From Longimicrobiales bacterium (GTDB taxonomy: Bacteria; Gemmatimonadota; Gemmatimonadetes; Longimicrobiales; Gaopeijiaceae), in NCBI GenBank assembly GCA_965249725.1, contig CBDFMQ010000002.1, positions 2,848,001 through 2,912,000 on the forward strand: DNA of 64,000 nucleotides. The letters run 5' to 3'. Positions 31,768 through 42,855 of this stretch are shown here, one piece after another; the stretch's first letter is position 1; every line of letters starts with the position of its first letter. Both the position numbers and the translations under genes were made by a program. The notes below the pieces were generated by a model. That model was not told the origin of the DNA. It made no database searches and saw only the letters and a list, made by a program, of their open reading frames with translations.

Positions 31768-34446
31768 TCAGGACGCCCGCAGCGCCTCCACCGGATCGGC
31801 CTGCGCCGCGCGCCGCGCCGGCACGTACGCCGCTGTCCACGCCACCAGCAGCAAGACGAACATGGCGCCGCCGAAGGCGATGGGGTCCAACGTTCCAACC
31901 CCGTAGAGCACGCCGCCCAGTTTTGACGCGGCGGCGGCAGCGATGCCGACACCCACCACGAGTCCGGCGATCACCACCCAGGCCACCTCACGAACGACCA
32001 TGCGGATCACACCGGAGCGATCGGCGCCAAGGGCAATCCGAATGCCGAGCTCCGATGTGCGGCGGGCTACGCTGAAGCTCACGACGGCGTAGATCCCCAG
32101 CCCGGCGAGGAACAGTGCCAGGGCCGAAAAGGCGCCCATGGCCCTAGCCGCCATGCGTGGCGTGGACAGGGTCGCTCCCAAGTGGGTCGTAAGAGTCCCT
32201 TGGTCGCTCACCGCCACGGAAGGCAGGGCACGGCCGATCTCCTGGCGCATGGAGGCGATCAACGAAGCCGGATCAGCCTCGGTCCGGGTGATCACATAGC
32301 TCGGGGGAAAAGACATCTGACGCGTACCGAAGTAGAACAGCGGCTGCGGGGTCTCTCCCAGGCTGGAGACCGGGACGTCGCCCACCACCCCGATGACCGT
32401 GCGGCCCCATTCCTCGGAACCCTGACCGCGCATGCGCCGCCCGAGCGGATCACCGTCCCCCCAGAAGCGGCGTGCTGCGGCCTCACTCACGAGGATCGAC
32501 GTCCCACCCTCCGGCGTGTCGCTGTCATCGAAGAGACGGCCAGCCAAGAGAGGCACTCCCATCGCCTCGAAGTAGCCGTCCGACACCATGGCGAACGGCA
32601 GTTCCAATGCGCTGGTGCCGGCGGAGGGTGTGTAGCCCTCGACTTCGGTGGTCGTACTCCCCGAGCGCTGAGCCGGGAGACGGGAGACGAGCGCGGCCTC
32701 CGTGACACCCGGGAGCGCAGCCATCCGGGCCCGCAGATCGACCAACGCGGCCCGTACTTGCTCTCCACCCTCGAGCCCCGCCCGTTGCCAATCCATGCGC
32801 AAATAGGCCACGCGATCGACGTCCACTCCGGGATCCACGCTCTGTAGCTCCGTGAGGCTGCGGGCCAGTAGGCCTGTGCCCAGCACCAGAATGAGCGACG
32901 CGGCTACTTGGACCGAAACCAGTAGGCTTCGGAGCCGGTTCGCCCCTCGGTCGCCCGACGCGCCTCGCCGGTCGTCCCGCAACGTCCTCGCCACGTCGGT
33001 CCTTACCGAACGGATCGCCGGCGCCAGACCGAATAGGACCCCGGTGAAGCCCATCAGGGCCACCGAGAACAGGGCGACCCGTAGATCGACCGACAGCTCG
33101 AGCGTGCCCCCGACGACGGGTGCGAGCGGGAGCGAAGGAATGGCCGCCAAGGCCCAGCGAGTAATGAGCAGACCAACCGCGCCGCCTATCCCGGCGAGCA
33201 GCAGGGACTCGAGGAGGAACAGCCGAGCCACGCGACCAGCCGGGGCCCCAAGGGCGGATCGCACCGCGGTCTCGCCGGAACGGCTGAGCCCCCGTACCAG
33301 AAGCAGGTTGGCGAGGTTCGCACACGCGAGCAGGAGGACGGTGAGCACCACCGCCGACAGGAGACCGCCCGCCATGCGCACGTTCCCGTCACCTTGTGGG
33401 TGGACCCGTACGTCCTTGGACGCGAATACCGTGATCCCCCGCCCTCGGTTGTACTCCGGGTAGTCTTCAGCCAACCGCGCCGCGAGCGCGTCCATCGCGG
33501 ACTGGGCTTGAGGGACCGTACCGCCTGGCGCGAGGCGCGCGAGCACTTGGTACCAGTGGTCCGAACGCCGCTCCAGGTTGGACACTTGGAAGTCGCCACT
33601 GATCATCGTCGCGGAAATCGACAGCCAGAAGTCGGTCAGCAGCGGCGAGACGGTGCCGGTGAGACCCTCCGGACCAACGCCGATGATGGTGACCGGTTGC
33701 TCGTTGAGGCGGATCGTCCGGCCGATGATGTCAGGGTCGCTCGCCAATCGGGCATGCCAGGTGGCCGCGCTCACCACGGCGACGGGAGCACTCCCCGGCA
33801 CATCGTGCTCGCGTCCGAACCAACGCCCTCGCAGTGGCGTGAGCCCCAGCACTTCCAAGTAACTCGATGTCGTGTACTCGGTCGCTACGGGCTCCGTCCC
33901 ATCGGGGCCCTCCCATACGGCCGAGGAGGACGTCGTGGCGGTTACCGCCGCAAACGCCCCGGACTCGGCCATATCGAGGGTGGCCGGGAACGACGTCGAG
34001 CTCGGCTCTCCGTCATCCGAGTCCTGATAGACATGGACGACCTCTTCGGGATTGTCCCAGACAGGCGGACGGAAAAGAAGCGCGTCCACCACTGTGAAGA
34101 CCGTAGTGGTGGCTCCAACCCCGATAGCCAGGAGAGCGACAGCTCCCAACGTGAAGACCGGAGACCTGAGCAGTCGGCGTGCGGCGTAACGAACGTCCTG
34201 AAGCAGCGTGTCCAAAAGAACCCCCTCTTGTTTGTCCCGGCGGCGTAACGGCCACGCCGTCGCCCCAGCATCCACAATGGTCCGCCACCAGAGGCCGACC
34301 CGTCCCCAACTCCCCGTCGTCCGCTCGAGGCGAGCGCTGAACAGGAGCGTCATCTCTTCCCCGTGGGCCTCACGGAACCAGGGGGGATACAGCAACAGCA
34401 GCGCCCGGAAGGCGCGCTGATGCAGACCTTCGTCGTGATGGGTCAC
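31768..34446 (-). CDS. ADOP-type duplicated MacB/FtsX-like ABC permease
   Basis: LLLYPP.FR..HG.EM, QDVRYA.R.L.RSP.FT, LLACANLANLLL, RRTSELGIRIALGA, PARRA...DP..ALR. Confidence 0.92.
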   Translation of the reverse strand: MTHHDEGLHQRAFRALLLLYPPWFREAHGEEMTLLFSARLERTTGSWGRVGLWWRTIVDAGATAWPLRRRDKQEGVLLDTLLQDVRYAARRLLRSPVFTLGAVALLAIGVGATTTVFTVVDALLFRPPVWDNPEEVVHVYQDSDDGEPSSTSFPATLDMAESGAFAAVTATTSSSAVWEGPDGTEPVATEYTTSSYLEVLGLTPLRGRWFGREHDVPGSAPVAVVSAATWHARLASDPDIIGRTIRLNEQPVTIIGVGPEGLTGTVSPLLTDFWLSISATMISGDFQVSNLERRSDHWYQVLARLAPGGTVPQAQSAMDALAARLAEDYPEYNRGRGITVFASKDVRVHPQGDGNVRMAGGLLSAVVLTVLLLACANLANLLLVRGLSRSGETAVRSALGAPAGRVARLFLLESLLLAGIGGAVGLLITRWALAAIPSLPLAPVVGGTLELSVDLRVALFSVALMGFTGVLFGLAPAIRSVRTDVARTLRDDRRGASGDRGANRLRSLLVSVQVAASLILVLGTGLLARSLTELQSVDPGVDVDRVAYLRMDWQRAGLEGGEQVRAALVDLRARMAALPGVTEAALVSRLPAQRSGSTTTEVEGYTPSAGTSALELPFAMVSDGYFEAMGVPLLAGRLFDDSDTPEGGTSILVSEAAARRFWGDGDPLGRRMRGQGSEEWGRTVIGVVGDVPVSSLGETPQPLFYFGTRQMSFPPSYVITRTEADPASLIASMRQEIGRALPSVAVSDQGTLTTHLGATLSTPRMAARAMGAFSALALFLAGLGIYAVVSFSVARRTSELGIRIALGADRSGVIRMVVREVAWVVIAGLVVGVGIAAAAASKLGGVLYGVGTLDPIAFGGAMFVLLLVAWTAAYVPARRAAQADPVEALRAS

Positions 34447-34793
34447 GCGGGCTTCCGCAAAGCGCCCATCGCGGTGGCGGCCTCTACCAGGCGGCGGAGT
34501 CGGGCCGTCTCCTTAGCGAGCAGATCCTTCCCGTCTCGGGTGATCTGGTAGTGCTTCCGTCTCGGATCCGCGTCCGCAGAAGGCGCTGGTACCGCGCAGA
34601 TCAGGCCCGCCTCTACCATCTCCGCCAGGGAGCGATACAACGTTCCCGGTCCCAACTCGAGCACGCCGTCCGACGCCCGTTCGATCTCGTCGGCTATCCC
34701 CAGCCCATGCGAATCGCCCTCGAGGAGCGCCAGCAGGATGTGGTAGACGGGCGGACGTAGCGGAATGGTGCGTGGATCGGGTGAACGTGCCAC
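34443..34793 (-). CDS. PadR family transcriptional regulator
   Basis: ILLALL.G..HG..I, LGPGTLYRSL, RRKHYQIT..G; coupled to the permease. Confidence 0.92.
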   Translation of the reverse strand: MARSPDPRTIPLRPPVYHILLALLEGDSHGLGIADEIERASDGVLELGPGTLYRSLAEMVEAGLICAVPAPSADADPRRKHYQITRDGKDLLAKETARLRRLVEAATAMGALRKPA

Positions 34794-34815
34794 AGATGCC
34801 TCCTCTGGGTTTATA

Positions 34816-34845
34816 TATCCAAGCTAGATATATCTAAGTTGGATA
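34816..34845. promoter_or_regulatory. Putative PadR operator
   Basis: 30-bp imperfect palindrome TATCCAAGCTAGATA-TATCTAAGTTGGATA upstream of padR. Confidence 0.7.
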
Positions 34846-34923
34846 CTTTCGTCAACCGAACTTCACCGAACCAGGACCTTGTTCACTCTTGCCTGATATT
34901 TAAGTGACTGCTAAAATGTTTAC

Positions 34924-35268
34924 ATGAGCGAAACACCTGCCACCACCGCGGAGTCCATCCGGACCGCCCTGGAGCCTCGCCGGCTTCAGATCCTCGAGCT
35001 GATCTGGGACCGCGAGCTGAGTGTGAATGAGATCGCGTCCGGCCTGCCCGTGAGTGTGGCCGCGGTGTCTCAGCATTTGTCCAAGCTGCGGGCGGCCAGA
35101 TTGGTGGCTGTTCGAGCTGAGGGCAGAAAGCGCTTCTACCGCGCCACCAAGGCCGACATGGGAGCCCTGGCCGTGGTCTTGGAGTCGTTCTGGACGGACA
35201 AGATGAGTGCGCTCAAGCGGCTCGCAGAGAGGCTCGAACAAGGATCTGAAGCTCCCAATACACTCTGA
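34924..35268 (+). CDS. ArsR/SmtB family regulator
   Basis: RRLQILELI, SVNEIA, AVSQHL.KL..A.LV, GRKRFY; preceded by TAAAAT-6nt-ATG. Confidence 0.9.
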   Translation: MSETPATTAESIRTALEPRRLQILELIWDRELSVNEIASGLPVSVAAVSQHLSKLRAARLVAVRAEGRKRFYRATKADMGALAVVLESFWTDKMSALKRLAERLEQGSEAPNTL

Positions 35269-35286
35269 CGAACAAGCACTGAAAGG

Positions 35287-36087
35287 ATGCCACACGTGGA
35301 AGACACGACCCCTCCCGCCATGGTCGACTTGTCGCGAGAAATCGAGGCGAGCGCCGAGACCGTATGGAACATCCTCACCACGCCGAAGCTGTTCTCGGAA
35401 TGGCTCGACGGGAACGTGGAGTTCGAGGGTCAGATCGGGAGCCCGTTCCGAGCCGAGTTTCCCAACTTCCAGATCGTGATCGCGGGAAGCGTGGTTCACT
35501 TGGATCCCGAAACGCGTCACCTCGGTGTCACCTGGGGCATGGAAACAGGTCCACAGTCCGACGTATTTCCGGCCGGCTGCTCCCTGGTCGAATTCCATGT
35601 GCGCGACACCGATCTGGGATGCCGGGTCGAGTTGACCCACTCGCAGCTGCCGTCCGAGGCGGCCGCCCGCGAACAGGAGGGGGGCTGGACGTTCCACCTC
35701 AGTCGAATGGCGGTCTACGCGAACCGCTCCGACCTGGGTGTGGGGCTCGAACGCACGTTGGACGAGTGGTTCTCCGCCTGGAACGAGCCGGACGACAGCA
35801 AACGGATGGAGGCGCTAAGGGCGTGCTGTTCCGACGACGTGATCTTCCGGGACGATTGGGCCGTGGCAAATGGGATCGACCTCCTGAGCCTGCACATTGC
35901 GAACTGCTTCAGGTTCATGCCCGGTTGGAGACTGGAAGCCACGGGAGACGTCAGGATCTGTCGCGGTGAGGCGCTCGTGGGATGGCGTAGCATCGGCCCA
36001 GGGGGCGCCCCACTCGAGGGGTTCAATCACGTTCGCGCCTCCCGAGACGGCACCCTGCGACGGGTGACGGGCTTCCAGGCCGTCTGA
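35287..36087 (+). CDS. SRPBCC (AHA1-like) + SnoaL-like two-domain protein
   Basis: REIEAS.E.VW..LT, VELTHS.L, GW..HL; then WF.AWNE.D...R. Confidence 0.8.
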   Translation: MPHVEDTTPPAMVDLSREIEASAETVWNILTTPKLFSEWLDGNVEFEGQIGSPFRAEFPNFQIVIAGSVVHLDPETRHLGVTWGMETGPQSDVFPAGCSLVEFHVRDTDLGCRVELTHSQLPSEAAAREQEGGWTFHLSRMAVYANRSDLGVGLERTLDEWFSAWNEPDDSKRMEALRACCSDDVIFRDDWAVANGIDLLSLHIANCFRFMPGWRLEATGDVRICRGEALVGWRSIGPGGAPLEGFNHVRASRDGTLRRVTGFQAV

Positions 36088-36172
36088 AGCCCCGGTAGCC
36101 AAGACGGCGAACCCTGGTAGCCATGGCGGCAAAGCCGGTTGACACCCGCATCCATTCGCGGATCGTTCGTCC

Positions 36173-38038
36173 ATGTCTCTCGTCACATGCTCGCGGCTTC
36201 AGATCGCCTTCGGCGGCCTGCGCCTCCTGGACGACGCCGACCTCCAGATCGAACGCGGGGAGCGTATCGGCTTTCTGGGCCGCAATGGTGAGGGCAAGTC
36301 CACGCTCCTGAAGATCATCATGGGCATGGTGCCACCCGATTCAGGGGAGGTGATCCGCGACTCGGCGACGCGGGTCTCCTTGGTCCAACAGCAGATCCCC
36401 GAGGGAATCGCCGGAAGCGCTCTCGATGTGATCCGATCGGGCTCTCGCCAAGAGACCGACGGGAACACCGATGACGGGGCCCACGAGGAGACGGTCGGGT
36501 CCCACCACGCCGAGCGGCTGTGTTCGATTCTCCACCTCGATCCCGATCTCCCCTTCTCGTCCCTCTCCGGTGGACAGAAGCGTCGGGCGCTCCTCGGGAA
36601 GGCGCTCGAGTGCGAGCCCGACGTGCTCCTTCTGGACGAGCCCACCAATCATCTGGACCTGGATCACATCGACCAGCTCGAACAGATCCTCATCCGCTTT
36701 CACGGAAGTGTCCTGTTCATCACCCATGACCGGACATTCCTCCAGCGCCTCGCCACACGCATCGTAGAACTGGATCGGGGCCGTCTGACGTCGTGGGAGT
36801 GCGACTATCCCACCTTCCTTCGTCGGAGAGACGAGCTGCTCGCCAACGAAGAGAAGGAGTGGGCGCTCCAAGATCAAAAGCTGGCCAAGGAGGAAGTCTG
36901 GATTCGTCGCGGCATCAAGGCTCGCCGCACACGTAACGAAGGACGCGTGCGAGCGCTTGAGGCGCTCCGACGGAACCGCGAGGATCGGCGTAGCCGGGTC
37001 GGCCAGGTGCAGCTCAGGGTGCAGGGGGGAGGCCGCACGAGCGCCAAGATCGTCGAGGCCAAGCAGGTCACGTTCGGATACGGTTCGGGCGACGGTTCAG
37101 ACGCCGGAGAGTCCTCCGCAGGTGCGGTCGTACGCGATCTCACCTCCACGATCTATCGTGGCGACAAGGTCGGCATCATCGGGCCCAACGGATCCGGCAA
37201 AACCACCCTGCTCAATCTCCTGCTCGGCCAGCTCGACCCCCAAGAAGGCGTGGTAAAGCACGGTGGTCGGCTGGAGATCGCCTACTTCGATCAGCACCGG
37301 GACCAACTCGACGCGGACTCGACCGTAGCCGACGCCGTCACGGGGGGGAACGAATACATCGGCGTCGGGGACGAGCGAAAGCACGTCTACGGGTATCTCC
37401 AGGATTTTCTTTTCTCCGCCGAGACGGCTCGACAACCCGTCGGGAGCCTGTCCGGTGGTGAGCGGAACCGCCTTCTGCTCGCAAAGCTGTTCGCTCAGCC
37501 CGCCAACGTATTGGTCCTCGACGAGCCCACCAACGACCTCGACACCGACACGCTCGAGTTGCTCGAAGCCCGTCTGGTGGCCTTCGCCGGCACCGTGCTG
37601 GTCGTGAGTCATGACCGGGCGTTTCTCGACAACCTCTGCACCAGCACGCTCGTATTCGAGGGACGAGGCACGTTCAAGGAATACGTGGGCGGCTACTCGG
37701 ACTGGCAGAGGACGATCGCGGGCAGGGCACCCGCTGGCGCAAAGGGACGCGGGTCGAAAAGGAAGACCAAACCGAAGGGTCCTGTAGCCAAGCCGAAGCT
37801 GAACGACGGCCGGCCGAAGAAGCTGAGCTTCAAGGAGAGGCAGGAGTGGACAGCGATTCCGGGCCAGATCGAGGACCTGGAACAGGAGCTACTCGAACTT
37901 CAAGCGCGCATTGCCGATCCAGTCTTCTTCAAGGGAGACCCGGAGGAGATCCGAGCCGTGAGCCAGCGAGTGACCGCAATCCCTCAGGAGATCGATACGG
38001 CGTTCGAGCGGTGGGGCACCCTGGACGAGCGGGCGTGA
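36173..38038 (+). CDS. uup: ABC-F ATPase Uup
   Basis: Two ABC cassettes; EEVWIRRGIKARRTRNEGRVRAL; C-terminal KKLSFKE coiled coil. Confidence 0.92.
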   Translation: MSLVTCSRLQIAFGGLRLLDDADLQIERGERIGFLGRNGEGKSTLLKIIMGMVPPDSGEVIRDSATRVSLVQQQIPEGIAGSALDVIRSGSRQETDGNTDDGAHEETVGSHHAERLCSILHLDPDLPFSSLSGGQKRRALLGKALECEPDVLLLDEPTNHLDLDHIDQLEQILIRFHGSVLFITHDRTFLQRLATRIVELDRGRLTSWECDYPTFLRRRDELLANEEKEWALQDQKLAKEEVWIRRGIKARRTRNEGRVRALEALRRNREDRRSRVGQVQLRVQGGGRTSAKIVEAKQVTFGYGSGDGSDAGESSAGAVVRDLTSTIYRGDKVGIIGPNGSGKTTLLNLLLGQLDPQEGVVKHGGRLEIAYFDQHRDQLDADSTVADAVTGGNEYIGVGDERKHVYGYLQDFLFSAETARQPVGSLSGGERNRLLLAKLFAQPANVLVLDEPTNDLDTDTLELLEARLVAFAGTVLVVSHDRAFLDNLCTSTLVFEGRGTFKEYVGGYSDWQRTIAGRAPAGAKGRGSKRKTKPKGPVAKPKLNDGRPKKLSFKERQEWTAIPGQIEDLEQELLELQARIADPVFFKGDPEEIRAVSQRVTAIPQEIDTAFERWGTLDERA

Positions 38039-38072
38039 TCCGGATCCGAGAGGGTTTCCAAGAGCGAGGCCT

Positions 38073-38264
38073 GTGAACGAGGCGGCCTGGGTGTCGTGCC
38101 CCTATTGCGGTGAGTCCATCGAGCATCTGGTCGATGCGATGGGTGGCGCGAGCCAGGAATATGTGGAGGACTGCGAGGTCTGTTGCAGACCCTGGCTCGT
38201 GCGAGTCACGATCGACGGCGATGGGAACGCTGCCGTCTCGGTGAACACGCAGGATGAGAGTTAG
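38073..38264 (+). CDS. CPXCG-motif cysteine-rich protein
   Basis: CPYCGE…QEYVEDCEVCCRP. Confidence 0.88.
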   Translation: MNEAAWVSCPYCGESIEHLVDAMGGASQEYVEDCEVCCRPWLVRVTIDGDGNAAVSVNTQDES

Positions 38265-38270
38265 CAGACC

Positions 38271-40355
38271 TTAGTCCGGCAACGCGAACGCCACGAAAGT
38301 CCCACCACTCGGCGCGCCGTTCTTGCCACCCCCTGATGCGATCACGATGTACTGCTTGCCGTTCACCATGTAGGTGGACGGCGTGGCGTTCCCCGCGGCC
38401 GGGAGCTCCGCCTCCCATAGCAGGGCACCGGTGAGCTTGTCGAATGCACGGATCCGATTGTCGTACGTAGTGGCGGCGATGATCAGCAGACCGTTCTGAG
38501 TGACGATCCCGCCCCCGTAATTGTCCGTCCCGGTATCGGTGATCCCCGCCGCCGCGAGCTCAGGATACTCACCGAAGGGGATCGACCAACGGATATCGCC
38601 TTCGTTGAGATCGATGGCGTTGAGTGTGCCCCACGGCGTCTTCACGCCCGGGTATCCCTCGTGATCGAGGAAGATGTCGAAGAGCGCCGTGCGGTAGGGG
38701 AGGTCGAAGGGTGTGGTGCCGACCTTGGCCGCCGAGGCGTCGACGCCGGTCTCCAGGTAGTCGACGATGTAGTTGATCGACCTCCCGTTCAGCACCGCGG
38801 CGAAGGCCGGCATGAGCCCGGTCCCTTCGCGGATCTGCGCGACGACTTCGGCTCGGGACAGCCGATCGAGCACACCCTCCAGCGAAACGCCGTTCCCCGT
38901 TCCCTTCCGGTCCCCACCGTGACAGCTCGCGCAGTTGGCCGCATAGAGCGACTCGTCGCTCGACGGGACGATCTTGAGCAGCCACCCCATCTCGTTGGAG
39001 TTCACGTACAACAGACCGGTCTCTGGATCGAAGGCCGGGCCGCCCCACTCCCCACCGCCGTCCACGCCCGGGTAGATGATCATTCCGCTCGTGTCGGGCG
39101 GCGAGAACGGATCCGCGGTGCTGTATGCGTTGAACGTCTCCAGTGCGGACGCATGGGCCTCCGGCGTGCGCTGGGTCAGATCGTCCGCGGTCAGGCTCTG
39201 CCGCGCGATGGGGGGCGGCAGAAGCGGGAACGGCTGGGTCTCCGAAGGGCGTTCGCCTTCGAGCCCCCCTCCTGGCATCGGACGCTCCTCGATCGGAAAG
39301 AGGGGCGTGCCGTCCTCGCGCTCGAATAGGTAGACGTGGCCGGTCTTGGTGACCTGTGCTACCGCGTCGACCGGTTGGCCGTCTCGGGTGACGGACACGA
39401 GGGCCGGAGCGGTCGGGAAGTCACGGTCCCAGATGTCGTGGTGCAGCCCCTGGAAGTGCCATATCCGCTCTCCTGTACGCGCATCCAGCGCGAGCACGGT
39501 GTTGGCGAACAGGTTGTCGCCCACCCGGTTGGCGCCGTAGAAGTCGTACGATGCCGACCCTGTAGCCGCGAACACCATCCCGCGCTCTTGGTCGACGGTG
39601 ACACCGCTCCACGCGTTGGCACCCCCGGCGATCTGCCACGCCCCCTCGGGCCACGTGTCGTACCCGAACTCGCCGGGGTGCGGGATCGTGTGGAAGCTCC
39701 AGCGGAGCTCGCCGGTCTCCACGTCGTAGGCCCTGATATCGCCCGGTGCGCTGGGCAGGGACTCGGGTACCCGGCTGCCGGTGATGTAGAGATCCTGGAA
39801 CACCACTCCCGGCGTGCTCGCGCCTACCGATAGCCCCTCGACAGGCCGCCCCAAGCCCTCCCGCAGATCGATCCAACCTCCGTCACCGAAGGTGGCGATG
39901 GGCGCTCCCGTGGTACGGTCCAAGGCGTACAGCCGGGTTCGGTAGCTGAAGATGACCCGGTCGCCGGTGACGGTGACACCCCGGTGGCGTTGGCGGGGCC
40001 CAGGCGGCCCACCGTCGACCGGATCGAAGCGCCACAGCTCCGTGCCCGTGGCGGCATCGAGCGCCACCACCTGAACCTTGGGCGTCGTAGCATAGAGCAC
40101 GCCGTCGATGACGATCGGGTTCGCCTGCATCTCAGAGCCCTGAAACGCGTCACCCGTGTCGAACGTCCACGCCACCTCGAGCTGGGCCACGTTGGCCGGC
40201 GAGATCTGATCGAGCGTCGTGTAGTGGGTGTTGTCCGAGTTGCCGCCGTAGACCGCCCAGTCGTTCGGGTCGGCGGACGGCCCGCCGTCGGCACAGGCGG
40301 TAACCGCAGCGAGGAAAAGCAAGGCCGGGCGGGGCGGACGAGGGCAGAGGGGCAT
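38271..40355 (-). CDS. PQQ-dependent (quinoprotein glucose) dehydrogenase with heme c insertion
   Basis: PQQ repeats ([29 protein letters not shown]), CASCH; lipoprotein-like N-terminus. Confidence 0.88.
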   Translation of the reverse strand: MPLCPRPPRPALLFLAAVTACADGGPSADPNDWAVYGGNSDNTHYTTLDQISPANVAQLEVAWTFDTGDAFQGSEMQANPIVIDGVLYATTPKVQVVALDAATGTELWRFDPVDGGPPGPRQRHRGVTVTGDRVIFSYRTRLYALDRTTGAPIATFGDGGWIDLREGLGRPVEGLSVGASTPGVVFQDLYITGSRVPESLPSAPGDIRAYDVETGELRWSFHTIPHPGEFGYDTWPEGAWQIAGGANAWSGVTVDQERGMVFAATGSASYDFYGANRVGDNLFANTVLALDARTGERIWHFQGLHHDIWDRDFPTAPALVSVTRDGQPVDAVAQVTKTGHVYLFEREDGTPLFPIEERPMPGGGLEGERPSETQPFPLLPPPIARQSLTADDLTQRTPEAHASALETFNAYSTADPFSPPDTSGMIIYPGVDGGGEWGGPAFDPETGLLYVNSNEMGWLLKIVPSSDESLYAANCASCHGGDRKGTGNGVSLEGVLDRLSRAEVVAQIREGTGLMPAFAAVLNGRSINYIVDYLETGVDASAAKVGTTPFDLPYRTALFDIFLDHEGYPGVKTPWGTLNAIDLNEGDIRWSIPFGEYPELAAAGITDTGTDNYGGGIVTQNGLLIIAATTYDNRIRAFDKLTGALLWEAELPAAGNATPSTYMVNGKQYIVIASGGGKNGAPSGGTFVAFALPD

Positions 40356-40468
40356 GGGCGGCTCTGGTGGGCTACCGCGAAGTCCGGCGACAGCTGACGA
40401 AACGGAGTCGGACGCTACAGCGTACCCCTGCGGCCTGTGGCCCGGCAAGGGATCTTCGGTCGATCAGG

Positions 40469-42805
40469 TTAGTTCTCCAGCCCCAGTTGCCGAATGAGGC
40501 GCCGGAAGCGCGGCTCGTCCCGCAGGTCGTCGAAGATTGGATCGACGCTCAGGTACGGAATGTTCCCGTCGTGTGCCTCGTAGGCCAGCTCCAGGTAGTC
40601 GAGAGCCAACTCCGTATCTCCCGCCCGCGTGTACAGAGTCCCGATCTGCCAGGGTGCGACGAACACCGTGTCCGAACGGGCCACCAGCGTCTCGGCCATT
40701 CCGCGAAGCGCCCCCGAGTAGCCCCCTACCTGATAACCGCGTTCGAGTGCCTCGAGCTTCTCGGGATCACGGGCATTCGAATCTCTCCACACATCGAGGG
40801 CCTCCTCGTGCCGGCCCATCATGTGGTAGGTCGTCCGGCGCGTGGAGAGCGCCATGCCGTAATCCGGCGACCGAGACAACACCTCGTTGAGCACATCTAA
40901 GGCCGCCTGGTACTCGTGGCGGTAGTTGAGCCCCATGGCGTAGAAGGTGGTGATTCGCGGGTTGAATGGGTCCTGCTGGACGGCGAGCTCGATCTGAGCG
41001 GCTGCTTCTTCATCACGGCCGATATATTGAAGCAGATGAGAGAAGGACGATCGCGCCCGAGCGTTCATCGGGTCGGCCTCGAGCGCCCGACGGAAGGTCG
41101 GCTCCGCCGCCGTCCAGTCCCATTTACCCCAGGTCCGTTCCGAAGCGAGCCTGTGTTGAACCTCCGCAAGCGTGGAGTCGATCGCCATCGCACGCGCGAA
41201 GGCCTCCCCTCCTTGGGCCTCGGCCTCGGAGGCGGACACGAACCCGAACTGCGCGCGAGACCCCCACACTCCGGAGATTCCGGCAAGCGCTACAGCGTTG
41301 TTCGGGTCCCGTGAGAGAGCCAGTTCATAGTAGTCGAGCGCAAGTGACAGGCTTTCCTCAGAGAGCTGGCTCCGATGGAAACGGCCCTTCCAGAGCGCCT
41401 CCTGGACCTCGGGGCTGACTTGAGGAGCAGTGGCCAGGGCGGCCTCCGACTCAGGACTCATCTCGATTGCGGCGCCATCCGCGATCGCGCGTGTCACTTC
41501 TCCGTAAACCGCCAGCACATCTCGCACTTCTGCTGCAAAAGAGTCGAACCAGACGATCTCGTTGGTGATTCCATCCGTCATGCGCAAGTCGAGCGACATG
41601 TGGCCATCGACCAGAGACGCCGATCCCTCGATCACCGCGTCCACACCGAGCTCCCGGGCAATCTCGCTCACGGGCTTATCGCTGTTTCGATACTGAAGCA
41701 CCGAGGTGGGAGTGATGACGCCCAAGCCCGCCCGTGAGAGCTCCTTGATCAGGTCCGCCTGAACACCTTCGAGGAAGAAATCCTGGGCCAGGTCGTTCAC
41801 CGCGTTGGTCAGCGGCAGCACCGCCACCCGCTCCAGGGCCGGCCCGCCGAGCAGCGTCGTTATCCACCAAACCATGGCACCCACACTCGCAACCGCAGGG
41901 ATTCCGACCGCGATTCGTACCCGCCTCGCCCGTTTGCGGCGGCGAGCCTCCGCCGCGATCGCTTCCGCAGTGGCGCCTCGGGTCAGGCCCTCGGCGAGTC
42001 GGCCAGGCGTGTCGAACCGCTCGCCGGGCTCCGTCGCCAGCGCCGTCGCCACCGCGCTGTCGATCGTTGCAGGGATGTCGCTATGGGTGTCCGAGATCCG
42101 GGGCGCCGGCTTGGCGAGCTTCTGTGCCAAGAGAGCTTGCTGACTGGCTCCAGCGAAGGGCGGTTCACCCGTGAGCATCTCGTACACCACGCAGCCCAGC
42201 GAGTAGATGTCAGAGCGGGCGTCGAGCTCGACGTCTCCGGCCGCCTGTTCAGGGCTCATGTACTTGAGCGTGCCCACGGACAGTCCGGTGGCCGTGAGGT
42301 TGCCCACTCCCGCCTCGGTGACCGCCTTCGCGATCCCAAAGTCACTGACCACCGCGTGTCCCGCCTGAAAGAGAATGTTCTCAGGCTTGATGTCGCGGTG
42401 GATCAACCCCGCGGCATGCGCAAAATCGAGCGCGTCCGCCACCTCGGCGGTAATCCGAATCGTCTCCTCCAGGGCCAGACGCCCGCTCTGATCGAGGCGA
42501 CTTCTCAGCGTTTCACCCTCGACGTAGGGCATTACGAAGTATAGAAGCCCGTCGGCGGTCCCGGAGTCGTAGAGAGACAGGATGTTGGGATGCGATAGCC
42601 GCGCGACGATTTCGATCTCTCGGATAAAGCGCTCAGGCCCGAGGCCGGCAACCATGTCGGGCCGGAGGACCTTCAGAGCCACCTTACGGTGATGCCGCAC
42701 ATCATCGGCCAGGTAGACCGTGGCCATTCCACCCTCGCCGAGCTCACGCTCGACTGAGTAACGGCCTTGGAGAGCTTCATTCAGGCGGGAAACCGGATCA
42801 GCCAT
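40469..42805 (-). CDS. Ser/Thr protein kinase with TolB-N/TPR C-terminus
   Basis: LGEGGMATVY, VALK, HRDIKPEN, DFG, YMSPEQ; VAVLPL; TPRs; DP.FD.LR.EPRF. Confidence 0.95.
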   Translation of the reverse strand: MADPVSRLNEALQGRYSVERELGEGGMATVYLADDVRHHRKVALKVLRPDMVAGLGPERFIREIEIVARLSHPNILSLYDSGTADGLLYFVMPYVEGETLRSRLDQSGRLALEETIRITAEVADALDFAHAAGLIHRDIKPENILFQAGHAVVSDFGIAKAVTEAGVGNLTATGLSVGTLKYMSPEQAAGDVELDARSDIYSLGCVVYEMLTGEPPFAGASQQALLAQKLAKPAPRISDTHSDIPATIDSAVATALATEPGERFDTPGRLAEGLTRGATAEAIAAEARRRKRARRVRIAVGIPAVASVGAMVWWITTLLGGPALERVAVLPLTNAVNDLAQDFFLEGVQADLIKELSRAGLGVITPTSVLQYRNSDKPVSEIARELGVDAVIEGSASLVDGHMSLDLRMTDGITNEIVWFDSFAAEVRDVLAVYGEVTRAIADGAAIEMSPESEAALATAPQVSPEVQEALWKGRFHRSQLSEESLSLALDYYELALSRDPNNAVALAGISGVWGSRAQFGFVSASEAEAQGGEAFARAMAIDSTLAEVQHRLASERTWGKWDWTAAEPTFRRALEADPMNARARSSFSHLLQYIGRDEEAAAQIELAVQQDPFNPRITTFYAMGLNYRHEYQAALDVLNEVLSRSPDYGMALSTRRTTYHMMGRHEEALDVWRDSNARDPEKLEALERGYQVGGYSGALRGMAETLVARSDTVFVAPWQIGTLYTRAGDTELALDYLELAYEAHDGNIPYLSVDPIFDDLRDEPRFRRLIRQLGLEN

Positions 42806-42844
42806 AGCCGCAAGATGTGCCTAAGGTGCGCCTCGCCACAAGCG
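42806..42844 (-). promoter_or_regulatory. Putative leaderless promoter of kinase 2
   Basis: CGCTTGTGG-18nt-CATCTT-6nt-ATG. Confidence 0.6.
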
Positions 42845-42855
42845 TACTGCGGTAT

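Noticed and set aside
36086..36140. Imperfect ~22-bp tandem duplication upstream of uup
   Set aside because: Only two degenerate copies, with no supportable function.
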